From assembly GCA_963817955.1 (NCBI GenBank), contig CAWFQK010000002.1:1-64000 (forward strand): a stretch of DNA of 64,000 nt. Direction: 5' to 3'. Below are positions 30,245 through 40,576 of this stretch, piece by piece. The position numbers were made by a program, and so were the translations under genes. The notes beneath the pieces are model-generated. The model was not told the DNA's origin and did no database searches. It worked only from the letters and a program-made list of their open reading frames with translations. The stretch's first letter is position 1. Each line of letters opens with the position of its first letter. Source of the stretch: an uncultured Gemmatimonadaceae bacterium. Its GTDB lineage: Bacteria > Gemmatimonadota > Gemmatimonadetes > Gemmatimonadales > Gemmatimonadaceae.

Positions 30245-31004
30245 ATGGAGACCCCGTCAGGTTCAAACCGATATCCGACACCAGGCTCGGTATGAATGAA
30301 GCACGGGCGCACCGGATCGGTCTCGATCTTTCGCCGGAGATGGCCGACGTAGACGCGGAGGTACTGCTGCGCGTCGCCTACTGTATTGCCCCAGACCTCA
30401 TGAAACAGGTGCCTGTGCGTGAGCGTCTCGCGGGGATGGGCAAGAAAGGCCCGTAACAGCAACCATTCCGTGGGCGTGAGGTGCAGTGACACGCCGCGCT
30501 TCTCGACACGCCGGAGTTGCTGGTCCACCGTGATATCGCCAAATGAGATGACTGCACCGCTGGCGCCGCCCAATGCGCTCGGCGTCCTGGCGCGCCGAAT
30601 CTGGGCGCGCACGCGCGCCATGAATTCGACGGTGCTGAACGGCTTGGTCACATAGTCGTCCGCTCCCGCATCGAGCAATGTGGCCTTCTCCGTGTCGGTG
30701 TGTCGCGCCGAGAGAACGATGATGGGGGCCGCCGACCATCGGCGAATCTCGCGACAGACGGCCAATCCTTCCATGTCCGGGAGGCCAAGATCGAGGATGA
30801 CCAGCGCTGGCGTTTCGCTGGCGGCGAGGTCGATTCCCTCCTGCTCCGCTCGCAGCCTCGAGAACACGCAGTTGCGGCGTAGCGTCCGACTCCTCGAGAC
30901 CGAATCGCACAAATGCGGGATCAGCGTTCAAGTGCATTGCGAACGAGTCGCCGGATTTGCGGCTCATCGTCGATGACGAGAATGGTCATGGCGTCGTTGC
31001 TCAT
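30241..31004 (-). pseudogene. kdpE: KdpE response regulator with two 5' frameshifts (~30925 and ~30845)
   Basis: ILVIDDEPQIRRLV from ATG 31004, then LDLGLPD, LDAGADDYVTKPF, LRVYVGHLRRKIE, TEPGVGYRF. Confidence 0.85.
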
Positions 31005-31052
31005 GGAAGAATGATGCAACGGCAGGGGTCGGCGCGCAGTGTCTCACGATTG

Positions 31053-31072
31053 CCTTTACACATTTTTTATGG
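31053..31072 (+). promoter_or_regulatory. Second putative KdpE-binding site
   Basis: cctttacacattttttatgg: same TTTAC-N6-TTTAT-GG pattern as 28286-28306. Confidence 0.6.
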
Positions 31073-31149
31073 AAGACGGCGCTGATTTTTGTGCGGCCTT
31101 TATGGGGATTTCCATAGCTTTACGATCAAATCGATTCAGTGCGGGCACC

Positions 31150-31848
31150 ATGTCCATGTTCTCCATCATGTTCTCCGCCTCGGCGGGTCAGACGGCAGCC
31201 ACCTTCGTAGCAGGCAGTGCACTCGGCGCGGCATTGTGCCGGGCAACGGGGTGGGGGCGCGTGGTGCGCTTGGGCAAACACCTGAGTAGCGCTCGCGACC
31301 GTCATGCGAATCTCGTTCCTCCTTCGATCGCCAACCCTACGGTGCGACGCGACGGCGTCTCTGGCAATACGGCACGCCGTGCGAGAACGGGACGCCTGTC
31401 GTTGCCGCAAGGCGTCGCCGAGATGAGCGCTGGCGAGGTGCCCGCGCTCGAACGGGTCAACGACTTCGTCGACCGACTTGCCGCCTTGCCGCTCGCCGAC
31501 TGGTTGAGCGTTGGCCGTTTGCTTGCCGCCGATCGCGTGGCACTCACGGCTCGCTCCAGCGCCTGGCCAATACTGGACGCGGCAATAGGCGTTCGTGGGC
31601 TTCGCGTCGCAGCATGGTACGTTCGCGACGCCGTCGAGACAGCAGCGTTTCTCGCGAGTGGATCGGCGTGTGGGTGGACGTCGGATGAACGCCGCGCGTT
31701 TGCCGGCGCGCACCGCGCTGCCGAGGAAGCGGCGTTGGCCCTGTTGGTCCAGCCAGATCTTCCCGCGATCGATTTCGCCGTGTTCTATGCGCCGTTCATG
31801 TACGTCGCGCCCGTCGACTCAATGGAGCGTGTCATCGCCCACTATTGA
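31150..31848 (+). CDS. Hypothetical protein with an N-terminal hydrophobic segment
   Basis: Only long ORF in the interval, Ala-rich helical C-terminal domain; start uncertain. Confidence 0.55.
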   Translation: MSMFSIMFSASAGQTAATFVAGSALGAALCRATGWGRVVRLGKHLSSARDRHANLVPPSIANPTVRRDGVSGNTARRARTGRLSLPQGVAEMSAGEVPALERVNDFVDRLAALPLADWLSVGRLLAADRVALTARSSAWPILDAAIGVRGLRVAAWYVRDAVETAAFLASGSACGWTSDERRAFAGAHRAAEEAALALLVQPDLPAIDFAVFYAPFMYVAPVDSMERVIAHY

Positions 31849-34547
31849 CTCCGAATCGCTTCGATTGGATCGATTCGTGCCGCGCGAACCGCCGGCAACA
31901 GCGCCCCGAAAAATCCCACCAAAAGTAGCAGCCCCGTCGCGGTGGCAAGACTTCCCGGATCGTGCGGCGACAACCCGTACACGAGCTTCTTGACCAATCC
32001 GAGCAACGGGAACCACAGCATCAGTCCAACGGCGAGCCCGCCGGCAATTGTCGCCAGCGAGTCGCGCAGCACTACCCACGACACGCGAACGGGCGACGCC
32101 CCGAGAGCGAGCCGAACGCCCATCTCATTCGTGCGGCGCGCCACCGAATAGCTGATCACGCCATAGAGGCCGATCGCCGCGAGCAGCAAGGCGAGGATCC
32201 CGAAGGCCGCCGCCAAACGCGCAACGAGCCGCTCCCGGGTCAACCCGCGCTCGAGGAGCCCTTCCATGGTCGTGATGTCGCGAATGGGTATGGCGCGGTC
32301 AACCGAGGTCAACGCCTGACGCACGCCCGCGATGACGCTCGCCGGATGCTCGGCGGCAACGCGTACTGCGGCACTCGTGACGTATGCTTGAGGGGCTTGC
32401 GCGAGCGCGTGAAAAATCATCGGCGCCGGCGATTCGCGGAGCGAGTTGACTCGCGCATCCCGAACGATGCCGACGACGATCCACGGTTGATCGCTCCCGT
32501 GACCGAAGCGCGCGCCAACAACGGAATCACTTCCCAGGAATCTCCGCGCCGCGGTCTCGTTCAGGATCACCACAAGCGGAGCGTCCTTCGTGTCCTGCTC
32601 GGTGAACGACCGTCCGCGGACGAGCGGGATTCCCACGGTCCTGAACCAATCCGGAGTGACATAGTTTTCCTGGCCGGTCTCTTGACCAGGCGACAATTTG
32701 CGCCCGGGTGGCGTGAAGTCACTGGTGGTGCTCGAACCGCTCGCCAAACCATCGACTGACAGACTGGCCGAGCGAACGCCCGGCACGGCGCGCAACGCGC
32801 CGAGCAATCGTTCGTACAGCGCGGGTAGCTGCTCGGACTTGTAACCGGGTGCGCGGACATCAAACCTCGCCGTGACCAGGCGCTCGCGCTCGTAGCCCAC
32901 GTCGATATGAACGAGATTCTGGAACGTCCGGACGAACACGCCCGCCGACGTCACGAGCAGCAGCGACAGCGCGATCTGGCCGATCACCAGCGCACGGCCG
33001 AGGGGAAGGCGATGTGATCGGCCGCCGGCGACGACTCGGCCGCCGGTCTTGAAGCTGTCGTAGAGATCCGTTCGCGCGGCCCGCATCGCGGGGGCGATAC
33101 CGAACAGAATTCCGGCGAAGAGTGTGATGCCAAACGCGAACGCCAGCACACGACCGTCCAGCGTCGCGTCGAGGGGAATCGCCTGGCCGCCGGTCGAGGC
33201 AAGCCGCAACAGCAGGCGCGTCGTCCACTGGGCTACCGCGAGGCCCAGGGTGCCGCCGACCATCGCCATCGTCAGACTTTCGGTGAGCGCCTGGCGAATC
33301 AACCGGCCGGACTGCGCGCCCAGCGCGATTCGAACGGCAATTTCCTGTGTGCGTGAAGCGCTTCGCGCCAAAAGCAGGCCGGCCAGGTTCGCGCACGTGA
33401 TCACCAGAACCAGTCCAACGCTCACCATCAGCAGCCTCAGAGGATCGCCGAACTGGTCGCGGAGCGGCGAAAAGCCGCGGCGGACCGACTCGAGAACGAG
33501 ACGCTGCTTCAGTCCGTATGCGCGCGACGCCGAGTCGCTCGGGAGGGTCGCGACGAGAAAGTCATGGAATGGTCCCGCCAGCCGCGCCGCCGCCGACCCG
33601 ACCGCCGCCGCCGCCCCCGGCTGACGCGTGACGAGCGTCAGCCACGCGATGCCGTTCTGCGGAAGCCACGGTCTCTCGGTATCCGCGTTCCATGAAGAGG
33701 CATTGCCGTGATACTTCACCTCCTGCTGCATCACGAGCGGCACGTAGACGTCGACAGGAACGCCGACCGTCAAGCCATCGAAGCCGGCGCCCGCGACACC
33801 AACGATCGTTAACAGTGCTCCGTTCAAGTAAACCGTGCGCCCGATCGCCGACGGATCGCGCGCGAACCGCCGTTCCCAGAATCTGTCGCTAATCACGGCG
33901 ACGGGTCCGCCACCAAGCTCGCGGTCGTCGGCGGCGGCGATGACGCGGCCCCGCTGCGCGGGCACTCCGATCACGTGGAAGAAGTCGCGCGAGACGAGCT
34001 GCGCGAAGACGGCTTCTGATTGATCGCCCGCGACGAAGTACATACGCGTGATCGCGCTCATTCCCGCAAGCTGCGTACTGTCCGGCAGCGCGCCCCGCAT
34101 CCGCTGCATCGCGGGATACGAGAGCCGATAGTTGTCTCGTTCGAGACCGTCTCGCTTGAGGGCATAGATCTCGTCTGGCCGTGCGACAGGAAGCGAGCGT
34201 CGCATCAGCGCGTCGGCGATGCTCCAGACCGACGTGTTCGCACCGATGCCGACCGCCAACGTGAATATTGCCGCGACGCTCAAGCCCGGCGTGCGCCGCA
34301 TGGCGCGAAGCGCCTGCCGGACGTCGGTGACGAAGTCCTCGAGCCAGCGCGTCCCGCGCGAGTCGCGCGTGGCCTCTTTTACCTGTTCGACGCCCCCGAG
34401 CTCCACGCGGGCGCGTCGTCGTGCCTCGTGGGGGGACATGCCGTCGCGGATGAAATCGGCGGTGGCCGCGTCTACATGGAAGCGCAACTCCCTGTCCAGA
34501 TCCCGCTCGAGCACGTTGCGCCCGAAGAGTCGCCCGAGCCATGTCAT
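31842..34547 (-). CDS. ADOP-type duplicated ABC permease (MacB/FtsX domains)
   Basis: LDRELRFH, TLAVGIGANT, ITCANLAGLLLAR, RIALGA, GLYGVISYSVARRTNEMGVRLALGA; ATGA overlap with PadR. Confidence 0.9.
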   Translation of the reverse strand: MTWLGRLFGRNVLERDLDRELRFHVDAATADFIRDGMSPHEARRRARVELGGVEQVKEATRDSRGTRWLEDFVTDVRQALRAMRRTPGLSVAAIFTLAVGIGANTSVWSIADALMRRSLPVARPDEIYALKRDGLERDNYRLSYPAMQRMRGALPDSTQLAGMSAITRMYFVAGDQSEAVFAQLVSRDFFHVIGVPAQRGRVIAAADDRELGGGPVAVISDRFWERRFARDPSAIGRTVYLNGALLTIVGVAGAGFDGLTVGVPVDVYVPLVMQQEVKYHGNASSWNADTERPWLPQNGIAWLTLVTRQPGAAAAVGSAAARLAGPFHDFLVATLPSDSASRAYGLKQRLVLESVRRGFSPLRDQFGDPLRLLMVSVGLVLVITCANLAGLLLARSASRTQEIAVRIALGAQSGRLIRQALTESLTMAMVGGTLGLAVAQWTTRLLLRLASTGGQAIPLDATLDGRVLAFAFGITLFAGILFGIAPAMRAARTDLYDSFKTGGRVVAGGRSHRLPLGRALVIGQIALSLLLVTSAGVFVRTFQNLVHIDVGYERERLVTARFDVRAPGYKSEQLPALYERLLGALRAVPGVRSASLSVDGLASGSSTTSDFTPPGRKLSPGQETGQENYVTPDWFRTVGIPLVRGRSFTEQDTKDAPLVVILNETAARRFLGSDSVVGARFGHGSDQPWIVVGIVRDARVNSLRESPAPMIFHALAQAPQAYVTSAAVRVAAEHPASVIAGVRQALTSVDRAIPIRDITTMEGLLERGLTRERLVARLAAAFGILALLLAAIGLYGVISYSVARRTNEMGVRLALGASPVRVSWVVLRDSLATIAGGLAVGLMLWFPLLGLVKKLVYGLSPHDPGSLATATGLLLLVGFFGALLPAVRAARIDPIEAIRSQ

Positions 34548-34876
34548 GTGGATATCCCCAGTATGAGTCCGATTGCGATCGACAGCTCTTTCCATTCGGC
34601 GACTTCTGCCTCGAGCTTGCGCCGGCCCTTGGCACTCAGCCGATAGAACTTGGCCTCGCGGCCGGAGGCCGTGTCGCGCCACTCGGCCTTGAGCACGCCT
34701 TGGTTCTCGAGGCGATGGAGGGCCGGATAGAGCGATCCCTGCGGCACGTTGAGGCGGCCGCCGGACAGCAGCTTCAGTCGATGCACGAGTGCATAACCAT
34801 GCAGAGGCTCGTCCGCGACGGCGCGCATCACGAGCATGTCCAGCGTACCCTGAAGCAATTCGGCTTTTTCGCTCAT
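34544..34876 (-). CDS. PadR-family transcriptional regulator
   Basis: LLQGTLDMLV, HGY, GSLYPALHRLE, AKFYRLS. Confidence 0.93.
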   Translation of the reverse strand: MSEKAELLQGTLDMLVMRAVADEPLHGYALVHRLKLLSGGRLNVPQGSLYPALHRLENQGVLKAEWRDTASGREAKFYRLSAKGRRKLEAEVAEWKELSIAIGLILGIST

Positions 34877-34932
34877 ACCTAGGCTTCCTTCTGGTCCACA
34901 ACAAGGATATCTAGGTATGACACCACCGTCAA
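34873..34932 (-). promoter_or_regulatory. Sigma-70 promoter with overlapping inverted-repeat operator for padR
   Basis: TTGACG-N17-TATCCT on the minus strand; perfect 10-bp inverted repeat tcatacctag (34873-34882) / ctaggtatga (34911-34920). Confidence 0.7.
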
Positions 34933-35119
34933 GAAAACAGGTTGGGTCAGGCTCGAGGGGACGTCAAGCGACCAGCCCGACCGGTGTACGAGTAGGTGCT
35001 CTCAGAATCAGCCGATCGCTATTCTGTGCGTTGCGGTAGGTCACTGCCAGCAAGATCACGCCGGATGGTCCTGAAGCCGATCTTCTGAACGGCGCGCGCC
35101 CGTCCGCTTTTCAATGCGC

Positions 35120-36877
35120 TCATGACGAAACCTGACTGATTTCCAATGCTCCGGGAGCCCATCCCATCTCACTCAACTGGCGCACCAGCCCAACCACTTC
35201 CGCCTTGTTCACGTGCGCCGGGCAGATGATGAGATCGCCGTCACGCGCCCAGTCGAACGCTCGGCGTATGGCGGCGATCTCGCTTTCTACGGTTTCCACT
35301 TGTTCCTGGCACATGCCGAGGCGTGACAGCTCGTCGGCCAGAATGCGCGGCACTTCGCCGGCCGCGCGCCCACGCAGCATGGAGATCATCTCTTTGATGA
35401 TGACGTGATCGAACGGCATCACCGCGAATGCGGCGCGGGGAAGCGCGCGGATCAACTCATCGCCGCGATTCCCCGCCTGCCCGAGGATCAACAGCCGCCG
35501 CGTGGCGGGAATGGCCATCGCCGTCTTGCACAGCGCCGCCAACCCCTCAGGGTTGTGCGCGAAGTCGATGAGCACCGTCACGCCGCCCAACCGAGTGATC
35601 TGAAGGCGGCCCGGATTGTCAGTGGCCGCGCCGCCGAATGTGGCCAATGCCTCACGCATGGCATCGACCGGAATGCCCACCGCCGCGCCGAGCAGCGTTG
35701 AACCGAGCACGTTCGCGATGTTGTGCGGTGCGGTACCGTTCAAGGTGATCGGCATCGTCGTGACGTCGCCGAGGTCGTGCCAGGCCTTCCCCACGTGCAG
35801 CATCACACGCCCATCACGGACCATCGCCGCGTCTCCGCCGTCCGCGACGTGTACACCGAGTAACGGATGGTCTGGCACAACGGAGAACCAGGACACCTGC
35901 GCTGTCATGCGTTCCGCGAGGGTCACGAGCTGTTCGTCATCTGCGTTGAGCACGAGATGTCCCTCGATAGGAAGCGCTCGCGCGACGACGCTTTTCACCC
36001 AGGCAAGTTCGCTCAAGGCGCGAATGCCATACTCGCCCAAGTGATCGGCCGAGATATTCGTGATGATCGCCGCCGACGCCCGGCTCACGGCAAGTCCTCG
36101 GCGCAGGATCCCGCCACGCGCCGTTTCGAGCACGGCGGCTTCGACCCGCGCGTTGCGCAACACCTCCCGCGCGCCGGCGGGTCCGGAGTAATCGCCCGAG
36201 GCAACCTGTACACCGTTCACCCACACGCCGTCGCTGCAACACCATCCGGCTACCCGACCGGCCGCACGCCACATCGCCGCGACCAGGCGTGTCGTCGTAG
36301 TCTTACCGTTCGTTCCTGTAACGAGCGCGATCGGCACGTCGCGCACCTCGCGCCATGCAATTTCCGCTGCCGGCGGGAGGTCGCCGAATGGCCAGACGCG
36401 TGATCCGTTGCCGCTGCCAAGGCAGAGCGACTGTTCATCAAAGGAGGCCGTGATCCCTGTCGTAACGGCAGTGGCATACGCGTCCGCGAGATGCGGCCGC
36501 GTTCGCCGTTCTGCGTTCGCGGTTGCACGGAGTCGTGTCACTACAGCATCGTCTGGGCGTTCCTCACCGGCCTCGGCGCAGACCCACGCTTGCTCGTTGA
36601 CCTCCGTTGCGCACATGAGCACATCAATCGGCGCCGGAAGAAAAAGACTCGCACCGGCGCGGGTTCGCCTGGCGCGGAGCGCTGCGCGGTCCCAGCCCAA
36701 CGCGCGAGCGAGGCTACGAGCGTGTGTGAACCACGCACCCACCAGCGCGCCGGCGCGAGCCTCGTCGCATGTGACGTCCAGTACAGCGCCGAACCGTCCA
36801 TCATAGAGATTTGGGCCCAACAAGCGACGGGAATCGATAATGGTCGGCGATGGAAATTCGGACGGTTCCACGTTCAA
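35120..36877 (-). CDS. CphA-related Mur-ligase protein lacking the ATP-grasp domain
   Basis: N-terminal DSRRLLGPNLY like the CphA N domain, VTGTNGKTTT, LETARGGILRRG, DHLG, NPGR, DFAHN. Confidence 0.8.
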   Translation of the reverse strand: MNVEPSEFPSPTIIDSRRLLGPNLYDGRFGAVLDVTCDEARAGALVGAWFTHARSLARALGWDRAALRARRTRAGASLFLPAPIDVLMCATEVNEQAWVCAEAGEERPDDAVVTRLRATANAERRTRPHLADAYATAVTTGITASFDEQSLCLGSGNGSRVWPFGDLPPAAEIAWREVRDVPIALVTGTNGKTTTTRLVAAMWRAAGRVAGWCCSDGVWVNGVQVASGDYSGPAGAREVLRNARVEAAVLETARGGILRRGLAVSRASAAIITNISADHLGEYGIRALSELAWVKSVVARALPIEGHLVLNADDEQLVTLAERMTAQVSWFSVVPDHPLLGVHVADGGDAAMVRDGRVMLHVGKAWHDLGDVTTMPITLNGTAPHNIANVLGSTLLGAAVGIPVDAMREALATFGGAATDNPGRLQITRLGGVTVLIDFAHNPEGLAALCKTAMAIPATRRLLILGQAGNRGDELIRALPRAAFAVMPFDHVIIKEMISMLRGRAAGEVPRILADELSRLGMCQEQVETVESEIAAIRRAFDWARDGDLIICPAHVNKAEVVGLVRQLSEMGWAPGALEISQVSS

Positions 36878-39738
36878 TCGCTCGCACTGCGCGCCAGCAT
36901 CACCCCGCGCTCATCGCGCAGTAGCGTGAGCTCCTCGTTCGCCAACGACCACGTCGTTTGCGGCACGCAACGCAGTACCGACGCCTTGGCCGGATGAGCA
37001 TCATCGGCTGGTGACTCCTCGAGAACCGAGGCACGCGGCACTACGCGCGCGGCGCGCACGGTCGGTACGACGGACGCGCTCTCGCCCGCGTCGGGACAGA
37101 AACTCACGATCTGCTTCCATCCGCGCGCAATCGCGTCGGCAAACAGCACGAGCAGATCTCCAGGCTGACCCATCCGCAGCGCCGCATCAATGGCTTGCAC
37201 CTCATCGACGATCATCGTGATGCGCTCGTCGTGAATGCCCGCCTCGCGTAGCGCGGCCACGAGCAACCGCGGCACATCGTCGTATCCGCGACCGCGGAGT
37301 GCATCGTCACGGCGGCAGATGTAATGGTCGAAGTTCGCCGCTGCGGCCGCTGCCCCAATGGCCGTGATGTCCTCGTCGCGGCGATCGCCCGGCGCGGACA
37401 ATACGCAGATGCGACGACCCATGACTCCCATGCTGTTCGCGAGGTCGCATATCGCACCCACGGCGTGTGCGTTATGCCCGTAGTCGAGGACCACCTTGAA
37501 TGGGTGCTCGTCGTACACGTTGAGACGGCCCGGCGACTGGAAGAACGTCGTGTCGAAGGTGCGAAGGCCGTGCCGAATGTCCTCGAGCTTGACGCCCATG
37601 GAAAACGCCATGGCTGCGGCAAACATCGCGTTCTGCACGTTGAAGGTTGCGCGTCCTTCCAACGTCGCCGGAATCAGGTGCGTCCAGAGCAGGGAGATGT
37701 GGGCGCCACGATCATAGATCGTGATCATCTTTCCGTTCACGCCTGCCTCGATCCCGCAAGCCCGGCCGCCCGCGCGAATGTGTTCGCGCACGAGATCATG
37801 CGCGGGATCCATCGTCACATAACAGACGTACTTGGCGTCCGTATGCGAGGCCATTCGCAGGGTGAGCGGATCGTCGGCATTGAGTACGGCGGTGTCCGTC
37901 GCGATCTCAACGACGGTTCGCTTCACTTCCGCTAGCTGCCAGAGCGCCTCGATCCCGCTCTGCCCAAGGTGATCGGGCTGAATGTTGAGCACCGCGCCCA
38001 CGTCGACATGGCGCATAGCCATCCCGGCTCGTAGCAAGCCGCCGCGCGCGGTCTCGAGCACGGCAACCTCGACCGCCGGATCGCTGAGCACGATGCGGGC
38101 CGACGTCGGGCCGGTCATGTCCCCTTCGACGGTGCGCTGTCCATCGATGTACACGCCATCGGTAGTCGTCAGCCCGACGCGCTTGCCGGCCAACTTGTGA
38201 ATGTGCGCCAGCATCCGCGCTGTGGTCGTCTTGCCGTTCGTGCCCGTGATCGCGGCAATGGGGATCGTACTCGACGTCTGTCCCGGGAAGAGCATGTCGA
38301 TGACCTTGCCCGCTGCGTCGCGTGGACGCCCTTCGCTGGGCGCCATGTGCATGCGGAATCCCGGCGCCGCATTCACCTCGCAAATCGCACCTCCGACATC
38401 CCTGTAAGACTTCGTGATGTCGGGTGACAGGAAGTCCACTCCCCCGATGTCGAGCCCGATCGCCTGGATCGCCCGCACGGCCATCTCCACGTTGTCCGGA
38501 TGCACGGCGTCAGTCATGTCTGTGGCAGTGCCGCCCGTCGATAGATTCGCCGTGAGGCGGAGGTATACATCTTCGCCCGCCGGCGGGACTGTTTCCGGCG
38601 AGTACCTCCGCATTGCAAGCAACCGCATTGCTTGTGCATCGAGCTCGATCTGCGTGAGCACCTTTTCATGCCCAATGCCACGCTGGGGATCGGCGTTCAC
38701 ACTGGCCAGGAGTTCCTGAATGGTGTGCTCGCCGTCGCCAACAACCTTGCCGGGCTCACGTCGGGACACCGCCACCAGCTCGCCGTTCACCACGAGCATG
38801 CGGTGGTCGAGGCCTGTGACGCAACTCTCGACGATCACGCTGTCCGCGACCTCGTGCGCCCGCAGGAAGCCGTCGGTCACCTCCTCCGGCGTTGTGAGGC
38901 CGATCGATACGCCGCGACCATGGTTCCCGTTGTATGGTTTGGTGACCACGGGATAGCCAATGCGTTCAGCCGCCGCCACCGCGTGTACGGCCGACCGCAC
39001 GAGCCGTTGCTTGGGTACTGGAAGGCCGAGACGAGCGAGAATGTGATTGGTCTCTTCCTTGTCTGATGCGAGATCGACCGCGATGTGTGGAGTCCGTCCG
39101 GTGATCGTTGCTTGAATGCGCTGCTGGTGGCAGCCGTAACCAAGCTGGATGAGGCTCTGGTCGTTGAGCCGGATCCATGGAATGTTCCGCTGTTCGGCGG
39201 CATACACGATGCTCGCCGTGCTGGGTCCGAGCGCGCGTCGCTGCGCATAACGGATGAAGTCGTCGCGCCGCGTCGCGAGGTCGAAGGCATGCTTCGCCAC
39301 ACTCGCAGGGCGTAACTCGCAAGGCAGCAGATCGTGCAGCAAGTCGAGCGCGACGTCGGCCGCTTCGATGCCGACGTCTTCCTGTTCGTACTCGAACACC
39401 ACGTCGTAGACGCCGGCGCGCTCCGTTTCGCGCGTCTTGCCGAACGTCACCTTCACGCCGGCAATGTTCTGCAGCTCGATGGCGACGTGTTCCAACACGT
39501 GGCCCAGCCACGTTCCTTCGCCTTCCGTCATGCGGCGTACGAAACCGCCTGCCTCGCCGAATGAGCAGCTGTGTTCTTGCAGACCTGGCAACGCCTCCAG
39601 GAGCGACGAGATGAACCCGTCGCCCAACCGGCGCGTCGGCCACGATTCGAGCGGCCCCAGATCGAGCTCGAGACGGATGACCGGAAAGTGTGCATAGTGG
39701 CTCGGGCCGACATAGGTCGATCGATCGAGAATCTTCAT
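36874..39738 (-). CDS. cphA: Cyanophycin synthetase
   Basis: HSCS...HVLEHVAIEL, LGPST, QLGYG, KPYNGNHGRG, ANLSTGG, EVNAAPG, GTNGKTT, ETARGG, DYGHN. Confidence 0.95.
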   Translation of the reverse strand: MKILDRSTYVGPSHYAHFPVIRLELDLGPLESWPTRRLGDGFISSLLEALPGLQEHSCSFGEAGGFVRRMTEGEGTWLGHVLEHVAIELQNIAGVKVTFGKTRETERAGVYDVVFEYEQEDVGIEAADVALDLLHDLLPCELRPASVAKHAFDLATRRDDFIRYAQRRALGPSTASIVYAAEQRNIPWIRLNDQSLIQLGYGCHQQRIQATITGRTPHIAVDLASDKEETNHILARLGLPVPKQRLVRSAVHAVAAAERIGYPVVTKPYNGNHGRGVSIGLTTPEEVTDGFLRAHEVADSVIVESCVTGLDHRMLVVNGELVAVSRREPGKVVGDGEHTIQELLASVNADPQRGIGHEKVLTQIELDAQAMRLLAMRRYSPETVPPAGEDVYLRLTANLSTGGTATDMTDAVHPDNVEMAVRAIQAIGLDIGGVDFLSPDITKSYRDVGGAICEVNAAPGFRMHMAPSEGRPRDAAGKVIDMLFPGQTSSTIPIAAITGTNGKTTTARMLAHIHKLAGKRVGLTTTDGVYIDGQRTVEGDMTGPTSARIVLSDPAVEVAVLETARGGLLRAGMAMRHVDVGAVLNIQPDHLGQSGIEALWQLAEVKRTVVEIATDTAVLNADDPLTLRMASHTDAKYVCYVTMDPAHDLVREHIRAGGRACGIEAGVNGKMITIYDRGAHISLLWTHLIPATLEGRATFNVQNAMFAAAMAFSMGVKLEDIRHGLRTFDTTFFQSPGRLNVYDEHPFKVVLDYGHNAHAVGAICDLANSMGVMGRRICVLSAPGDRRDEDITAIGAAAAAANFDHYICRRDDALRGRGYDDVPRLLVAALREAGIHDERITMIVDEVQAIDAALRMGQPGDLLVLFADAIARGWKQIVSFCPDAGESASVVPTVRAARVVPRASVLEESPADDAHPAKASVLRCVPQTTWSLANEELTLLRDERGVMLARSASD

Positions 39739-39739
39739 T

Positions 39740-40576
39740 CTACTCCTCGCTCCCGAACCTGAACACTTCGCCACCATGCGGGTGCCGAGTATGGAGGTTG
39801 AACGTTGCGCCAGGCGCGAGAACATGAACCGTGACCCCGAGCAGGGTGACCGGATCGCCGGGCTGCGACTCGGCGATGGACGAATATTCCACCGCCGACG
39901 GGTCTACGATCGTGACGGCGCCCGCGCCAACCACTTCGAGGGTCTCGTCCGGTCCGATGAACGCGGCCGTGTCTTCGTCCACGCCGAGGCCCACGGCAAA
40001 CGGATTGTACGCGAGTGCGGCGAGCAGGCGTCCCAGTCGATCGCGTTGACGAAAGTGTTGATCGACGATGACACGATTCGTCAATCCAAGGCCCGCGCAC
40101 ATGTTGACCATTCCCATACGAGGCGTGGTCCCTTCCTCGCCGAACGCGATCATGTGCTCGCTCAGGAACGCCGCCCCCGCACTGGTGCCGGCAACGTGAA
40201 CGCCTGCCGCGTTGCGTAGCCGCATCAGCTTCGCGACCGGCGTTCCCCCGAGCGTCGCAGTGAGCTTGAGCTGATTGCCGCCGGTGATGAAGATGCCGGT
40301 TGCGCTGCGCAGCCAATCGAGCCAATCCTCATCGTCGCAGTCGCTGCGTCGCTCGAATCGCAGCGACTTGGAAATCGCTACGCCATGTTTGGCAAAGACG
40401 CCGTCGAAGAATGTACCAATGTCGGGCTCGCTCGATGCCGTTGTGATGACGGCGATGCGCGCATCGCGGCCGCCACTCAGCGCGACGAACCGATCGAGGA
40501 CTGCCTCTTCGCGCAGCTTTCCGCCGATCGGAATGATCCAACCACGTTCGACGCCAGAGTTGAGAGGGGCGAGCAT
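39740..40576 (-). CDS. cphB: Cyanophycinase (peptidase S51)
   Basis: IIPIGG, TGGNQL, GTSAGA, DQHF.QRDR.GRL, GVDEDTA; adjacent to cphA. Confidence 0.93.
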   Translation of the reverse strand: MLAPLNSGVERGWIIPIGGKLREEAVLDRFVALSGGRDARIAVITTASSEPDIGTFFDGVFAKHGVAISKSLRFERRSDCDDEDWLDWLRSATGIFITGGNQLKLTATLGGTPVAKLMRLRNAAGVHVAGTSAGAAFLSEHMIAFGEEGTTPRMGMVNMCAGLGLTNRVIVDQHFRQRDRLGRLLAALAYNPFAVGLGVDEDTAAFIGPDETLEVVGAGAVTIVDPSAVEYSSIAESQPGDPVTLLGVTVHVLAPGATFNLHTRHPHGGEVFRFGSEE

